Of a DNA stretch of 64,000 nucleotides, positions 1-11,202 are shown piece by piece. Position numbers and translations under genes: made by a program. A model generated the notes under the pieces. It was not told the DNA's origin. It saw only the letters and a list, made by a program, of their open reading frames with translations, and ran no database searches. The DNA is taken from the NCBI GenBank assembly GCA_012727955.1, contig JAAYGB010000005.1, positions 41,800-105,799 of the forward strand. The letters run 5' to 3'. Origin of the DNA: Bacillota bacterium (GTDB lineage Bacteria; Bacillota; Limnochordia; DTU087; JAAYGB01). Each line of letters opens with the position of its first letter. Position 1 is the first letter of the stretch.

Positions 1-43
1 GCACTTACAGTCCACCAGTGTGTGAAAGGGATGAGGTGAGGCT

Positions 44-1552
44 ATGGCTATCAGGCCAGAAGAGATCAGCTCTATTCTGAAAAAACAGCTGCAGGAATTC
101 CAGATGGAAGTTGAAGTCAGCAGCGTTGGTTCTGTACTTAGTGTTGGAGACGGAATTGCCAGAGTCTGGGGTTTGCAGGATGCCATGTCCAATGAGCTCC
201 TGGAGTTTCCCAATGGACTCTATGGAATCGCACTAAACCTCGAAGAAGAGAATATCGGTTGTGTTCTCCTTGGGCCCTACGATCAAGTTAAGGAAGGGGA
301 TCCCGTCAAGCGCACCGGTCGGATTGTCGAGGTGCCTGTGGGCGAAGCGCTGATTGGCAGGGTAGTCAATCCCTTGGGTCAGCCCTTGGATGGTAGGGGC
401 GAGATTAATGCCACCAAGTTTAGACCCATTGAATCTGAGGCACCGGGAATCGTTGATCGTCGTGGTGTACATGAGCCTCTACAGACGGGACTCAAGGCCA
501 TTGACTCCTTGGTTCCCATCGGTCGAGGTCAGCGTGAACTGATTATCGGTGACCGGCAAACGGGGAAAACCAGCTTAGCGGTAGATACGATCATCAACCA
601 AAGGGGCGAAGATGTGATCTGTATCTATGTGGCTATCGGCCAAAAGGCCTCCACCGTCGCCGGTGTAGTTAATGTTCTAAAGGAATACGGCGCGATGGAT
701 TACACCATCGTAGTGGCAGCCACGGCTTCAGAGCCTGCGCCGTTGTTGTATATTGCGCCCTATGCCGGTTGTGCTATGGGTGAAGAGTTTATGTATCAGG
801 GTAAACACGTCCTGATTGTCTACGACGATCTGACCAAACACGCTGCCGCCTACCGTGAGTTGTCTCTCTTGTTGCGGCGTCCGCCGGGTCGTGAAGCCTT
901 TCCAGGCGACGTCTTCTATCTCCACTCCCGTCTCTTGGAGCGGTCCGCTAAGTTAAGCGATGAACTGGGAGGGGGATCCTTGACGGCTCTACCTATCGTT
1001 GAGACCCAGGCCGGGGATATTTCCGCCTACATTCCAACTAACGTTATTTCAATTACCGACGGACAAATCTTCTTGGAGTCCGACCTGTTCTACTCTGGTA
1101 TTCGTCCAGCCATCAGCGTCGGTCGTTCTGTGTCCCGGGTCGGTGGTTCTGCCCAGATTCCAGCGATGAAGCAAGTGGCTGGACCACTGCGCTTAGACCT
1201 ATCGCAATATCGGGAGTTAGCTGCCTTTGCCCAATTCGGTTCCGATTTGGATCGGGCTACCAGAGCGCGCCTCACCCGTGGTGAGCGGGTCACGGAAATC
1301 CTCAAGCAGGGTGAGCATGTGCCGATGCCCATTGAGGAGCAGGTAGTGTCCATCTTTGCCGCGACCAACGGCTACTTGGATGATATCGCAACGGAGAATG
1401 TCGGTAAGTTCGAACAGGGCTTGCTCAACTATATGCGCAATCAGAAGGCTGATCTGTTGTCGGCGATTAAGAACGAAGGCAAGATGAGCGGCGAGCGATT
1501 GGCAGAGCTCAGGCAGGCCGTGGAGGAGTTTAAGGAGCTCTTTACCGACTAA
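44..1552 (+). CDS. atpA: F0F1 ATP synthase subunit alpha
   Basis: 502-aa ORF; Walker A 'GDRQTGKT', typical alpha-subunit motifs; followed by gamma, beta, epsilon in canonical order. Confidence 0.97.
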   Translation: MAIRPEEISSILKKQLQEFQMEVEVSSVGSVLSVGDGIARVWGLQDAMSNELLEFPNGLYGIALNLEEENIGCVLLGPYDQVKEGDPVKRTGRIVEVPVGEALIGRVVNPLGQPLDGRGEINATKFRPIESEAPGIVDRRGVHEPLQTGLKAIDSLVPIGRGQRELIIGDRQTGKTSLAVDTIINQRGEDVICIYVAIGQKASTVAGVVNVLKEYGAMDYTIVVAATASEPAPLLYIAPYAGCAMGEEFMYQGKHVLIVYDDLTKHAAAYRELSLLLRRPPGREAFPGDVFYLHSRLLERSAKLSDELGGGSLTALPIVETQAGDISAYIPTNVISITDGQIFLESDLFYSGIRPAISVGRSVSRVGGSAQIPAMKQVAGPLRLDLSQYRELAAFAQFGSDLDRATRARLTRGERVTEILKQGEHVPMPIEEQVVSIFAATNGYLDDIATENVGKFEQGLLNYMRNQKADLLSAIKNEGKMSGERLAELRQAVEEFKELFTD

Positions 1553-1565
1553 GGGGGGGGCGACC

Positions 1566-2462
1566 ATGGCAGGACAATCGATGCGGCATATCAAGCGCCG
1601 GATAAACAGTATTAATAGCATTCAACAGATTACTCGAGCGATGGAGATGGTCGCTGCGTCAAAGTTGCGACGAGCCCAACAACGGGTTAATTCTTCCCGA
1701 CCCTTCACCCAAGGGTTGAGTCAGGTGTTGGCGCAGCTGGTGGCCAGCGAAGCCTCGAGCTATGGACAAAGGGCTCTCGGCGACCTGCATCCTTTGTTGG
1801 CCTTGAGGGAAGGCGATAAGGTATGTTACCTTGTTGTCACCTCAGATCAAGGGCTGGCAGGGGGGTTCAATACAAATATCACCCGGTATGTGGAACGCAA
1901 GTTGGCAGAGAATCCCAGTTCTAGTCTCGCAATAGTGGGACGTGTCGGTCGGGATTATTTTGCCCACCGGGGAGTGGAAAGGGTCGGAGAGTGGGTGCAG
2001 CTGGGAGATGAACCCTCGACCACGGTGGCCCGGGTGATTAGTGACCGATTGGTCAGCGGGTATCTGGCTGAAGAATTCGATGAGATTCGCCTCGTGTACA
2101 CCGTGGCCAAGTCAGCGATTAGTCAGGAGTTGGTGGATGAACAACTCCTACCCATCGACGTTGAGAAGGTCACGGCATCGCAGCCAGAAGCGGACTGGCG
2201 AAAGGAATACATCTATGAGCCTTCTACCCGGGAGATATTTTACCACATTTTCCCCAGATATGTGGAGAATGTCATTTATAGAGCACTGGTGGAATCGAAG
2301 GCCAGTGAATTGGCAGCTCGGAGAACGGCGATGCGTAACGCCAGCGATAACGCTCAGGAAATGATCGATGAGCTGACCATATCCTTCAACCGGGCGCGTC
2401 AAGCCGGTATTACTACCGAGATTTCCGAAATTGTCGGTGGCGCCGAGGCACTGAAGGGGTAA
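1566..2462 (+). CDS. atpG: F0F1 ATP synthase subunit gamma
   Basis: 298 aa; N-term 'IKRRINSINSIQQITRAMEMVAASKLRRAQ' and C-term 'MIDELTISFNRARQAGIT' are gamma-subunit hallmarks; operon position. Confidence 0.95.
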   Translation: MAGQSMRHIKRRINSINSIQQITRAMEMVAASKLRRAQQRVNSSRPFTQGLSQVLAQLVASEASSYGQRALGDLHPLLALREGDKVCYLVVTSDQGLAGGFNTNITRYVERKLAENPSSSLAIVGRVGRDYFAHRGVERVGEWVQLGDEPSTTVARVISDRLVSGYLAEEFDEIRLVYTVAKSAISQELVDEQLLPIDVEKVTASQPEADWRKEYIYEPSTREIFYHIFPRYVENVIYRALVESKASELAARRTAMRNASDNAQEMIDELTISFNRARQAGITTEISEIVGGAEALKG

Positions 2463-2505
2463 CAGGATTTTAAGGAACAGTTGCAAGACTAGTCACTTTC
2501 GATGA

Positions 2506-3945
<1,440 letters not shown>

Positions 3946-3947
3946 TA

Positions 3948-4364
3948 ATGATCGCCGAAGGGCCAATTCGGTTGCAGATTCTCACCCCCCAACGATTGTT
4001 AATCGAGACGCAAGTGGAATGCATCTTGGCGCCCAGCATTGACGGAGCCTTGATGGTACTGAAGGACCACGCACCGATGGTAGCAGCCTTAGATGTTGGT
4101 GTTTTTGAGTTTGGGACTCGGGAGGACCGACGAATAGCTGCTGTCAGCGGGGGAGTTATGCTGGTCCAAGACAACGAGGTCGTGGTTCATGCCGATAGTG
4201 CGGAATTGGCTGCAGACATCGATGTTGCCAGAGCCCGGAGGGATCTTGAAAAAGCCAGAGAAAGTCTGCGAACCCGTACCTCGGAGCGAGAGGCCAGAAT
4301 GGCTGAATTAGAGCTGCGAAAGGCAGTCAATCGCTTGAAAGTGGCCGGAGAGCCCATTCCATAA
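3948..4364 (+). CDS. atpC: F0F1 ATP synthase subunit epsilon
   Basis: 138 aa; beta-sandwich N-term plus helical C-term; immediately after atpD; followed by terminator. Confidence 0.93.
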   Translation: MIAEGPIRLQILTPQRLLIETQVECILAPSIDGALMVLKDHAPMVAALDVGVFEFGTREDRRIAAVSGGVMLVQDNEVVVHADSAELAADIDVARARRDLEKARESLRTRTSEREARMAELELRKAVNRLKVAGEPIP

Positions 4365-4384
4365 AGAAAATGCTTGTTGATGTA

Positions 4385-4415
4385 CAGGCTGCGCTTAGTG
4401 CGCAGCCTTTTTTTG
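4385..4415 (+). terminator. rho-independent terminator after atp operon
   Basis: stem aggctgcgc/gcgcagcct (4386-4394/4400-4408), loop ttagt, then T7 run. Confidence 0.8.
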
Positions 4416-4481
4416 TATAACGGGCCCTTGCCTGGCAATAATGGGGATGGAAGCGAAATTTTGCCAGAAGGGGGTAGGCCC

Positions 4482-5426
4482 ATGTGGTGGCAAAGGCAGC
4501 GATTCAGGGAGGATCAGCCAGACTACCCGCAGTGGGAGCTCATCGAGGAAGACTCTCTGGGGTTGGGGCGCCAGAGGCTGACGGTAGAATGGCAGCACTG
4601 GCGCAGCCGAGGGTACAGGCTTCTTGCTGGGTATTGTCGACGATTGCTTCTGGTCTGGATGTTCCTCTTCTTGCTTACCTACCAATTCTCTGTAGTTGAT
4701 GCCGGTTTGCTGGAGTACAATCCCATTGCTGTGGCTTTGGATGCCGCCAAGGTGCAGTCCGATGCCTACCAGCTGACCGTTTGGAGTACTCGCCATCTAC
4801 CGGGTCAGCAGCCTGACCGGGAATTGTTGAGCCAAGGTGCAATGCTGTTGGTCGAAAAGGCCAATTTCACTGCGGTCGGTGAGTCGAGATGCTATCCCGT
4901 GGAAGGAGCTTGGGTCTGCGAAGTTGGTGCAAAGAAAAAGCACCAGGAACTCACGGTAATTAGCCGTTGGGAACCGGCCACCGGTAAGGAACACAAAAAC
5001 CACCTGACGGTCCTTCAGGTTCGAGGTCTATCCAGGGAGGAGATGCAGGAAAACTCCCGCCGCTATACCCATCTGGTCTCGGCGCTAACGGGATCTTCCG
5101 CCCAATGTGCCGTGACAGCTGCCGGGATTGTCCCAGAGAGAGTTCTTTCGGAATTGATCGGGGAAATGCAAAGGACCTTGACCCGGCATCGTTTTTGGCC
5201 GGTGGAGCTCAGCGTGCCCACGGCCAATGTCTCGCCGGCCAAGGATGGTGTTTGTCTGTTGGTAGGAAGGGCTCGGGTGCCCAAAAACCGGGTGCTGACC
5301 TTTGAGATTGGTCGGGCAGGAACCGGCAGCCCTCCTCGGATTTGGGCCTCCGTCTATCCGGCAACAAAAATGCCGGAAAAAGTGGAGTCCCTTACATATG
5401 TGACCAGTAAGTGGACAGAATACTAG
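4482..5426 (+). CDS. hypothetical membrane-anchored protein in the position of Bacillus ywmB
   Basis: ORF 4374..5426 trimmed to the internal ATG at 4482 (GGGGG RBS upstream) because the 5' part overlaps the atp terminator; one hydrophobic segment (LLLVWMFLFLL); no recognisable catalytic motif; function unknown. Confidence 0.35.
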   Translation: MWWQRQRFREDQPDYPQWELIEEDSLGLGRQRLTVEWQHWRSRGYRLLAGYCRRLLLVWMFLFLLTYQFSVVDAGLLEYNPIAVALDAAKVQSDAYQLTVWSTRHLPGQQPDRELLSQGAMLLVEKANFTAVGESRCYPVEGAWVCEVGAKKKHQELTVISRWEPATGKEHKNHLTVLQVRGLSREEMQENSRRYTHLVSALTGSSAQCAVTAAGIVPERVLSELIGEMQRTLTRHRFWPVELSVPTANVSPAKDGVCLLVGRARVPKNRVLTFEIGRAGTGSPPRIWASVYPATKMPEKVESLTYVTSKWTEY

Positions 5427-5430
5427 GGAG

Positions 5431-6300
5431 GTGGTGAAAATGAATCAAAGGGATCAGGAAGAGAAGAAACTGCGACAGGAGCAAAAGCAAGGGGAAAAGC
5501 GGCAAGAAGTAGAGCAAACCAGCTGGCTAAATTCTATCATGAAGTCTGCCGCTGTTACCCTGGAAAGAGTGCAGAGAAGGACCAGGGCCTTTTTCTCTCA
5601 AGGGGCACGGAAGCGGCAGGTGGTTCAGTTCTTTGCCGTGGTGGCGGTGGCAATTCTAACGGGAGCCGCGCTTTGGCTGAACTCAACTAGGGTGCTGGAG
5701 CACTACAGCCAAGAGATGACCGCCAGCTTGGATGGGGGACAAGCATCGGTTACCTTTGAATCGGAAGACGGCTTCTCCACCGGTGGAGTGACCTTGGGCC
5801 TGAGTCCAGAAGAATTGGCTGCAGCGATACCTTCAGAGGCCTCTCCGCAGGTGGAGCCGGCGCTAGCCAGCCCTCCAGAAAGGATGTCCCCGGAAGCACT
5901 GGCGGCAATGAATCTGTCTAAACTGCAGTGGCCAGTGCAGGGGGAGGTCGTCACCGAATACGGCTGGTGGCGTCATCCGATGTACCATGATTGGCGGATG
6001 CATCCAGGGATCGCCATCGCTACTCCCGTTAACAACCCGGTGAAGGCCGCACTTCCAGGACGGGTTGAAGAAATCTATCATGACAATTATCTTGGAACCG
6101 TTGTGGTAATTGAACACGGTGGCAGTGTGCGGACAGTCTACGGCAATGTCCAAGACGTGCCTTCTCTTGGCAGTCCCGTTGCCCAGGGGCAGGTGATCGG
6201 AAAAACAGCCTCCAGGAGGGGTGATGGGCAGAGGGGGCAGCTGTATTTTGAGGTTCGACATAATGGCGATGCCCTAGACCCTCTGGCCTATTTACGGTAA
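5431..6300 (+). CDS. LytM/M23-domain protein with degenerate active-site motifs, SpoIIQ-like by position
   Basis: 289 aa; charged N-term then TM helix. C-terminal M23 fold ('HPGIAIATPVNNPVKAALPGRV...GTVVVIEHGGSVRTVYGNV...GQLYFEVRHNGDALDP'): the HxxxD Asp is replaced by Ala, and HxH is replaced by Q-L-Y. Lies directly upstream of spoIIID-mbl, as spoIIQ does in Clostridia. Confidence 0.6.
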   Translation: MVKMNQRDQEEKKLRQEQKQGEKRQEVEQTSWLNSIMKSAAVTLERVQRRTRAFFSQGARKRQVVQFFAVVAVAILTGAALWLNSTRVLEHYSQEMTASLDGGQASVTFESEDGFSTGGVTLGLSPEELAAAIPSEASPQVEPALASPPERMSPEALAAMNLSKLQWPVQGEVVTEYGWWRHPMYHDWRMHPGIAIATPVNNPVKAALPGRVEEIYHDNYLGTVVVIEHGGSVRTVYGNVQDVPSLGSPVAQGQVIGKTASRRGDGQRGQLYFEVRHNGDALDPLAYLR

Positions 6301-6338
6301 TTGCCCACAACTTATCTGAGAAAGGATATTGATTTGGT

Positions 6339-6370
6339 GGCAGTCTGCAGCTTTGGACTGCCCTTTTTTG
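6339..6370 (+). terminator. rho-independent terminator
   Basis: stem ggcagtc/gactgcc followed by cttttttg. Confidence 0.65.
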
Positions 6371-6472
6371 TGTTTAAAGCTTAATACATCACCGGTTTGC
6401 ACCGGTACGCCCCTGACATACTCTGCCCAAACCCGCATATATATGTCAATAAAAGTGCGAGGGGGTCAGGGG

Positions 6473-6751
6473 ATGAGGGACTACATCCGCAAACGGGTAC
6501 TGGACGTGAGCCAGTTTATTATAGATACCGATTCCACTATTCGCCACGCGGCCAAGGTGTTTGGTGTAAGCAAGAGTACTGTGCATAAGGATGTAACGGA
6601 GAGGTTGCCCAAGATTGATGAGGAGCTGGCAAAGCTGGTGAAGAAGGTGTTGGAGAAAAACAAGGCTGAACGCCATCTCCGGGGAGGGGAAGCCACTAAG
6701 CGAAAATACCGCAGCCAAAGGCGAAAGGCCTCACCGGCAGAACCGATATAA
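6473..6751 (+). CDS. spoIIID: stage III sporulation protein D (SpoIIID transcription regulator)
   Basis: ORF 6329..6751 trimmed to ATG 6473 (RBS gagggggtcagggg). 92 aa 'MRDYIRKRVLDV...AKVFGVSKSTVHKDVTERLPKIDEELAKLVKKVLEKNKAERHLRGGEATKRKY' aligns along its whole length with the B. subtilis SpoIIID HTH protein. Confidence 0.9.
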   Translation: MRDYIRKRVLDVSQFIIDTDSTIRHAAKVFGVSKSTVHKDVTERLPKIDEELAKLVKKVLEKNKAERHLRGGEATKRKYRSQRRKASPAEPI

Positions 6752-6874
6752 ATCACATTATGAGTGTCTTATTCCCATTCTGATGCAGGATCTCGGGGCA
6801 CCAACTGCGAACACTTGCTAGTACGCCAATAGTTACCAGAGGATGGCTATTTCAGAGGGGAGTAACGATACATC

Positions 6875-7885
6875 ATGCCAGATATTGGAATCGATCTTGG
6901 GACAGCGAATGTCTTAGTCTATGCACGGGGGAAAGGGATTGTCATTCAGGAACCTTCTGTGGTGGCCATGGACAGGGATAGCAATAAGATTCTGGCGGTG
7001 GGTGAAGAGGCCCGTCAGATGTTGGGGCGCACCCCGGGAAACATCCTTGTGATTCGTCCCGTAAAGAGCGGAGTTATCGCCAAATACGACGTAACAGAAA
7101 CCACATTGAAATATTTTATCCATAAGGTCTGTGGTAAACGACCACTGTTTCGCCCTCGGGTTGTAGTGTGCGTACCTTCCGGGATCACCACGGTAGAACA
7201 GCGGGCTGTTGTCGATGCCTGTACCCGGGCCGGGGCGAAAAAGGTTTTTCTCATTTCAGAGCCGATGGCAGCGGCCATCGGAGCTGGCCTACCCATCGAA
7301 ACGGCCAGTGGGAATATGGTCGTAGATATCGGTGGGGGAACCACCGACGTAGCAGTCATTTCCCTGGGTGGAATCGTAGTCAGTGAATCCCTACGCATCG
7401 GGGGCGATGATTTCGACGATGCTATCATTCGTTATGTTAAACGGGTGCACAACCTCGCAATCGGCCTGAGGACCGCGGAGTCAATCAAAATCGATTTGGC
7501 TCGGGCCCTGTCGGATTGGGAGCCGGCGACCATGTCTATTCGCGGCCGCGACTTGGTGTCGGGTTTGCCCAAGACCATCGACCTGTCCTCCGCAGAAGTG
7601 TATACTGCGATCAAAGAACATGTGATGGCAATAGCCTCGGTAATCAAGACGGTTCTAGAGACCACCCCACCGGAGTTGTCCGCGGATATTATCGAACAGG
7701 GAATTACCTTGACCGGTGGCGGAGCTTTGCTGCGGGGGATGGATCAACTGATTACCGCTGAGACAGGGATTAGGACCTTTGTAGCTGAGGATCCAACCAC
7801 CTGTGTCGGTATGGGAACGGGAATCGTCCTGGAATCCCTGGACAAGTGGGCACGCTCTCCCGTTCTCAGTTCCTACTCGGCGTGA
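6875..7885 (+). CDS. mreB: rod-shape-determining actin homologue MreB/Mbl
   Basis: 336 aa; 'IGIDLGTANVLVY', 'VVDIGGGTTDVAVIS' actin-fold phosphate motifs; sits after spoIIID, as Bacillus mbl does. Confidence 0.93.
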   Translation: MPDIGIDLGTANVLVYARGKGIVIQEPSVVAMDRDSNKILAVGEEARQMLGRTPGNILVIRPVKSGVIAKYDVTETTLKYFIHKVCGKRPLFRPRVVVCVPSGITTVEQRAVVDACTRAGAKKVFLISEPMAAAIGAGLPIETASGNMVVDIGGGTTDVAVISLGGIVVSESLRIGGDDFDDAIIRYVKRVHNLAIGLRTAESIKIDLARALSDWEPATMSIRGRDLVSGLPKTIDLSSAEVYTAIKEHVMAIASVIKTVLETTPPELSADIIEQGITLTGGGALLRGMDQLITAETGIRTFVAEDPTTCVGMGTGIVLESLDKWARSPVLSSYSA

Positions 7886-7910
7886 TTTTTTCCCGACAAG
7901 TGATGGACAA

Positions 7911-7955
7911 GCCTCTACTTAGACTAAATTGGTCTTAAGTAGAGGCCTTTTCTTG
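7911..7955 (+). terminator. rho-independent terminator after mreB/mbl
   Basis: 14-bp stem (7911-7924/7932-7946, one bulge) followed by cttttcttg. Confidence 0.7.
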
Positions 7956-8015
7956 CCGATATAAACTATGAGGTACTATCTTTAGAAACCACCCTTTTGG
8001 AGAAGGGAGGGACAG

Positions 8016-8789
8016 GTGTTGCTCCGAGGGATATATACTGCGGCTTCCGCGATGCTAGTGGACCAGGCGAGAATGGACGTGACCAGCAATAATCTCGCCA
8101 ATGTTAACACTGCCGGCTTCAAGCAGGATCAGGTTGTGGTGGAGTCCTTTCGGCAAATGTGGCTCCATGCCCTCGAAGGCGATGGTACTCCCGTTCAACG
8201 GCAGACCCATCGTCCCGTAGGTGCCCTGGGAACCGGGGCTGAGGTGGTTCGCAGCTACACTAGGTTCACACCGGGGGCGCTACAGCATACCGGTAATTCC
8301 CTGGATGTAGCCATCGTCGGCGATGGTTTTTTCACCGTTGACACTCCCCAGGGGGTGCGATACACCAGGAATGGCAGGTTCACCGCGAATGAAGAGGGCC
8401 TTTTGGTGACTTCGTCGGGGGATCCTGTACTGGGAGTAAACGGGCCCATCACCATAGCCGGTAACACCGTGGATATCGATAGTGATGGGCAGGTGTTCGT
8501 TAACAACCAGTTGGTGGACAGGCTTCGAATTGTCACCTTTGCCAACAACGCCGGGCTGATCAAACATGCCGGGCAGTACTTTGAAGCCCTAGAGGCTGCT
8601 GGCCTAGCCCAAGAGGCGACGGGGGTGACCGTTAGCCAAGGCGATTGGGAGCAATCCAATGTCAACGTCATCAGTGAGATGGTGAACATGATTAATGCCA
8701 CTCGCAGCTATGAAGCGAGTCAAAGGGCGATTCAGGCCCAGGATGAAGCTTTGGGTAAAGTGGTCAACGAAGTGGGAAGGTTAGCATAA
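8016..8789 (+). CDS. flgF: flagellar basal-body rod protein, FlgF/FlgG family (FlhO-like)
   Basis: 257 aa; N-term '[32 protein letters not shown]' and C-term 'NVNVISEMVNMINATRSYEASQRAIQAQDEALGKVVNEV' rod-protein signatures. Confidence 0.8.
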   Translation: MLLRGIYTAASAMLVDQARMDVTSNNLANVNTAGFKQDQVVVESFRQMWLHALEGDGTPVQRQTHRPVGALGTGAEVVRSYTRFTPGALQHTGNSLDVAIVGDGFFTVDTPQGVRYTRNGRFTANEEGLLVTSSGDPVLGVNGPITIAGNTVDIDSDGQVFVNNQLVDRLRIVTFANNAGLIKHAGQYFEALEAAGLAQEATGVTVSQGDWEQSNVNVISEMVNMINATRSYEASQRAIQAQDEALGKVVNEVGRLA

Positions 8790-8876
8790 TCATCTTGACA
8801 TCGGGCTGGACTGCCGACTAGCAGGGGCCCGAGGCGGCTGACCGATTGAGGCCGCCGGATTCGGGAGGAATATGAA

Positions 8877-9668
8877 ATGATGCGTTCGTTGTGGACTGCC
8901 GCATCGGGCATGATGGGGCAGCAGTTGAGTATCGATACCATGGCTAACAACCTCGCCAACGTCAATACCACCGGCTACAAAAAAAGCAGAGTGGATTTTC
9001 AGGATCTGTTGTATCAATCGTCCCGGTATGCCGGTACTCCGGTGGCTGCCGGTGCGCAGATTCCGACGGGAATTCAAACCGGTCACGGCGTCAGGCCAGT
9101 GGCGACCCAGAAGATTTTTACTCAAGGCACCTTTAAGCAGACGGACAACCCCTTAGATCTGGTGATTGAGGGAGAGGGCTTTTTCCAGGTGCTGCGTCCC
9201 GATGGCACCATTGCCTATACCCGAGATGGAGCCTTCAAGAAGGATGGCGAAGGCCGGATCGTTACCTCCGACGGCTTCCCCCTCTGGCCGGAAATTATTA
9301 TTCCCGATGATGCTGTGAGCGTGAATGTCGGAACCGATGGCACCGTGTCGGTACAGCGTGCAGGAATTGATGACGTTCCCCAGCGTGCGGGCCAAATCGA
9401 ACTGGTGAGATTTGTCAATCCCGCGGGATTGCGCAACTTGGGAAGAAACCTCTTGGCAGCCAGTGTTGCCTCCGGTCAACCCATCGTCGGCTATCCTGAC
9501 TTAGACGGTTTTGGAGCTATTGCCAACGGATATCTAGAAATGTCCAACGTGCAGGTAGTAGAAGAAATGGTGAATATGATCGTTGCTCAAAGGGCCTACG
9601 AGACCAACTCCAAGGCGATCCAGGCCTCTGACGACATGCTTCAAACCGCTAATAACCTGCGGAGGTAG
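8877..9668 (+). CDS. flgG: flagellar basal-body distal rod protein FlgG (FlhP-like)
   Basis: 263 aa; '[36 protein letters not shown]' ... '[39 protein letters not shown]'. Confidence 0.9.
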   Translation: MMRSLWTAASGMMGQQLSIDTMANNLANVNTTGYKKSRVDFQDLLYQSSRYAGTPVAAGAQIPTGIQTGHGVRPVATQKIFTQGTFKQTDNPLDLVIEGEGFFQVLRPDGTIAYTRDGAFKKDGEGRIVTSDGFPLWPEIIIPDDAVSVNVGTDGTVSVQRAGIDDVPQRAGQIELVRFVNPAGLRNLGRNLLAASVASGQPIVGYPDLDGFGAIANGYLEMSNVQVVEEMVNMIVAQRAYETNSKAIQASDDMLQTANNLRR

Positions 9669-9675
9669 AGGGTAA

Positions 9676-10533
9676 TTGGTTGGTGTCAGAACCAAGGGGC
9701 AGCGGCGTAACCTCTCCGCGATGGGCTGGTGGTTAGCCTGTGTCATCGGATTCATCGTGCTTGGTGGGGTCTTCTCCCAACTAGCCAGTGCTAACTCGGT
9801 GGTAACCATCGTCATGCAGGATGGTGCCGTAGTCCATGACGATGACATCCTTTTAGGGGAAATTGCGGTCTTTGAAGGGGCTAATCCCTCCTTAGCCGAG
9901 GAATTGGCTGGCGTGGTGGTGGGCAGGGCTCCGATGCCGGGTTTGACCCGCCATCTCAGTCCCGGTCATGTTGAAGTGAGACTGCGGCGGGCTGGTTTTT
10001 CCCTGCAGGGCTTGAAAATAACCACTAATACCGAGCAGGAACGGATTGTCGTGTATCGCAGCGATCCGCCCGTGGCCCCGGAGACGGAAGAGTTGGCTCC
10101 AGGGCCAGAACAGCCCTTGGCCGATGTCCCCAAGCCTGAGGAGCTAGTTGAGGTTTGGGTGTTAGTGGAGGATGTTGGTAGAGGGGCACCGCTAAGGACC
10201 GACCTGTTGGCTCCAGCAACGGTATCTCCCCGCCGCTTTGTCGGAAGGGCAGTAACCGATCCCCAGACGGTGGAGGGAATGCGGGCCACCCGGTTTCTCC
10301 GCAGCGGGAAAGTGCTCACCGAGGGTGATCTTGAGCCCATCCCTCCAATAGTTGAGGGACAAAGGGTGACCATTGTCGCCTCCGGGGATGGGATTAGGAT
10401 TACTGCCGTTGGTCTTGCCCTGGAGGACGGCGATTGGGGCGAAGTGATACCTGTACGCAATGTGCAAAGCGACAGGGTTATCTTTGCCACGGTAACGGGA
10501 TTAGGTGTCGTCAGTGTTAGACTGTTTCCTTGA
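9676..10533 (+). CDS. flgA: flagellar P-ring assembly chaperone FlgA
   Basis: 285 aa; signal-peptide-like N-term (alternative start M at 9721 'MGWWLACVIGF'); SAF-like N-domain and FlgA C-terminal block 'GEVIPVRNVQSDRVIFATVTGLGVVSV'; sits upstream of flgH/flgI. Confidence 0.72.
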   Translation: MVGVRTKGQRRNLSAMGWWLACVIGFIVLGGVFSQLASANSVVTIVMQDGAVVHDDDILLGEIAVFEGANPSLAEELAGVVVGRAPMPGLTRHLSPGHVEVRLRRAGFSLQGLKITTNTEQERIVVYRSDPPVAPETEELAPGPEQPLADVPKPEELVEVWVLVEDVGRGAPLRTDLLAPATVSPRRFVGRAVTDPQTVEGMRATRFLRSGKVLTEGDLEPIPPIVEGQRVTIVASGDGIRITAVGLALEDGDWGEVIPVRNVQSDRVIFATVTGLGVVSVRLFP

Positions 10534-11168
10534 GGGGCGAGCTAATCTTTGAACTGAAGGTGGATTCAGTGATGGGAAAACCAAGATCACGGGTCTTTGG
10601 TGTGTTGTGCTTGATGGTACTGTTGTCCCTGCCGGCTGTCTGTGAGGTTCAGGCCCAGTCCCTGTGGAATACTCAAACTTCGGGCTCGTTGTTTAGCGAT
10701 CACAAGGCTTTGCAGGTAGGAGACTTGGTCACCATTATCATTGTTGAGCGGACGGAAGCCCGGTCCACAGCCCAGACCACTACCGGGCAATCGGCAGGAG
10801 TGGGGATTGGCCCCGGCGGAGGCCTTCTAGACTTCATCCCCTTGATTTCCGTTGACGGTAGCGAAGATTTCGAAGCTGGAGGCAGTACCACCCGGGGAGG
10901 AACCCTGTCCGCCAAATTGACCGCCATGGTCAAGGCCATCGAACCCAATGGTAACCTGCAAATCGAAGGCAAGCAAAGGATAATTGTCAACGGAGAAGAG
11001 CAGCAAATTACCGTATCAGGGACAATTCGGCCTCAGGATGTAGCTCGGGACAATAGTGTCTTGTCGACCTATGTGGCCAATGCTACCATTTCATACAGTG
11101 GTGAGGGTGCGTTGGGCTCCAAACAGGAGCCGGGAATACTTAGCCGGCTGCTCAATTGGTTGTTCTAA
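10530..11168 (+). CDS. flgH: flagellar L-ring protein FlgH
   Basis: 212 aa (probable true start M at 10572 'MGKPRSRVFGVLCLMVLL'); mature N-term 'SLWNTQTSGSLFSDHKALQVGDLVTIIIVERTEA' is the classical FlgH signature. Confidence 0.85.
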   Translation: MRGELIFELKVDSVMGKPRSRVFGVLCLMVLLSLPAVCEVQAQSLWNTQTSGSLFSDHKALQVGDLVTIIIVERTEARSTAQTTTGQSAGVGIGPGGGLLDFIPLISVDGSEDFEAGGSTTRGGTLSAKLTAMVKAIEPNGNLQIEGKQRIIVNGEEQQITVSGTIRPQDVARDNSVLSTYVANATISYSGEGALGSKQEPGILSRLLNWLF

Positions 11169-11202
11169 TTTCGGTTTTGTCAGTCGAGGGGGTAGTAATC
11201 CG

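Noticed and set aside
8790-8876. TTGACA hexamer and GC-rich hairpin (ggcggc...gccgcc) between flgF and flgG
   Set aside because: No matching -10 element at the correct spacing and no U-tract after the hairpin. It is probably just an intergenic structure or translational-coupling spacer.
11056-11202. Upstream 49 codons of the flgI ORF overlapping flgH, and an apparent 1-nt inconsistency when I hand-traced the reading frames around 11160
   Set aside because: The overlap is explained by an internal TTG start at 11203 with a good RBS and signal peptide. The apparent frame inconsistency is almost certainly my counting error in manual transcription, not a frameshift. I trusted the supplied ORF coordinates.
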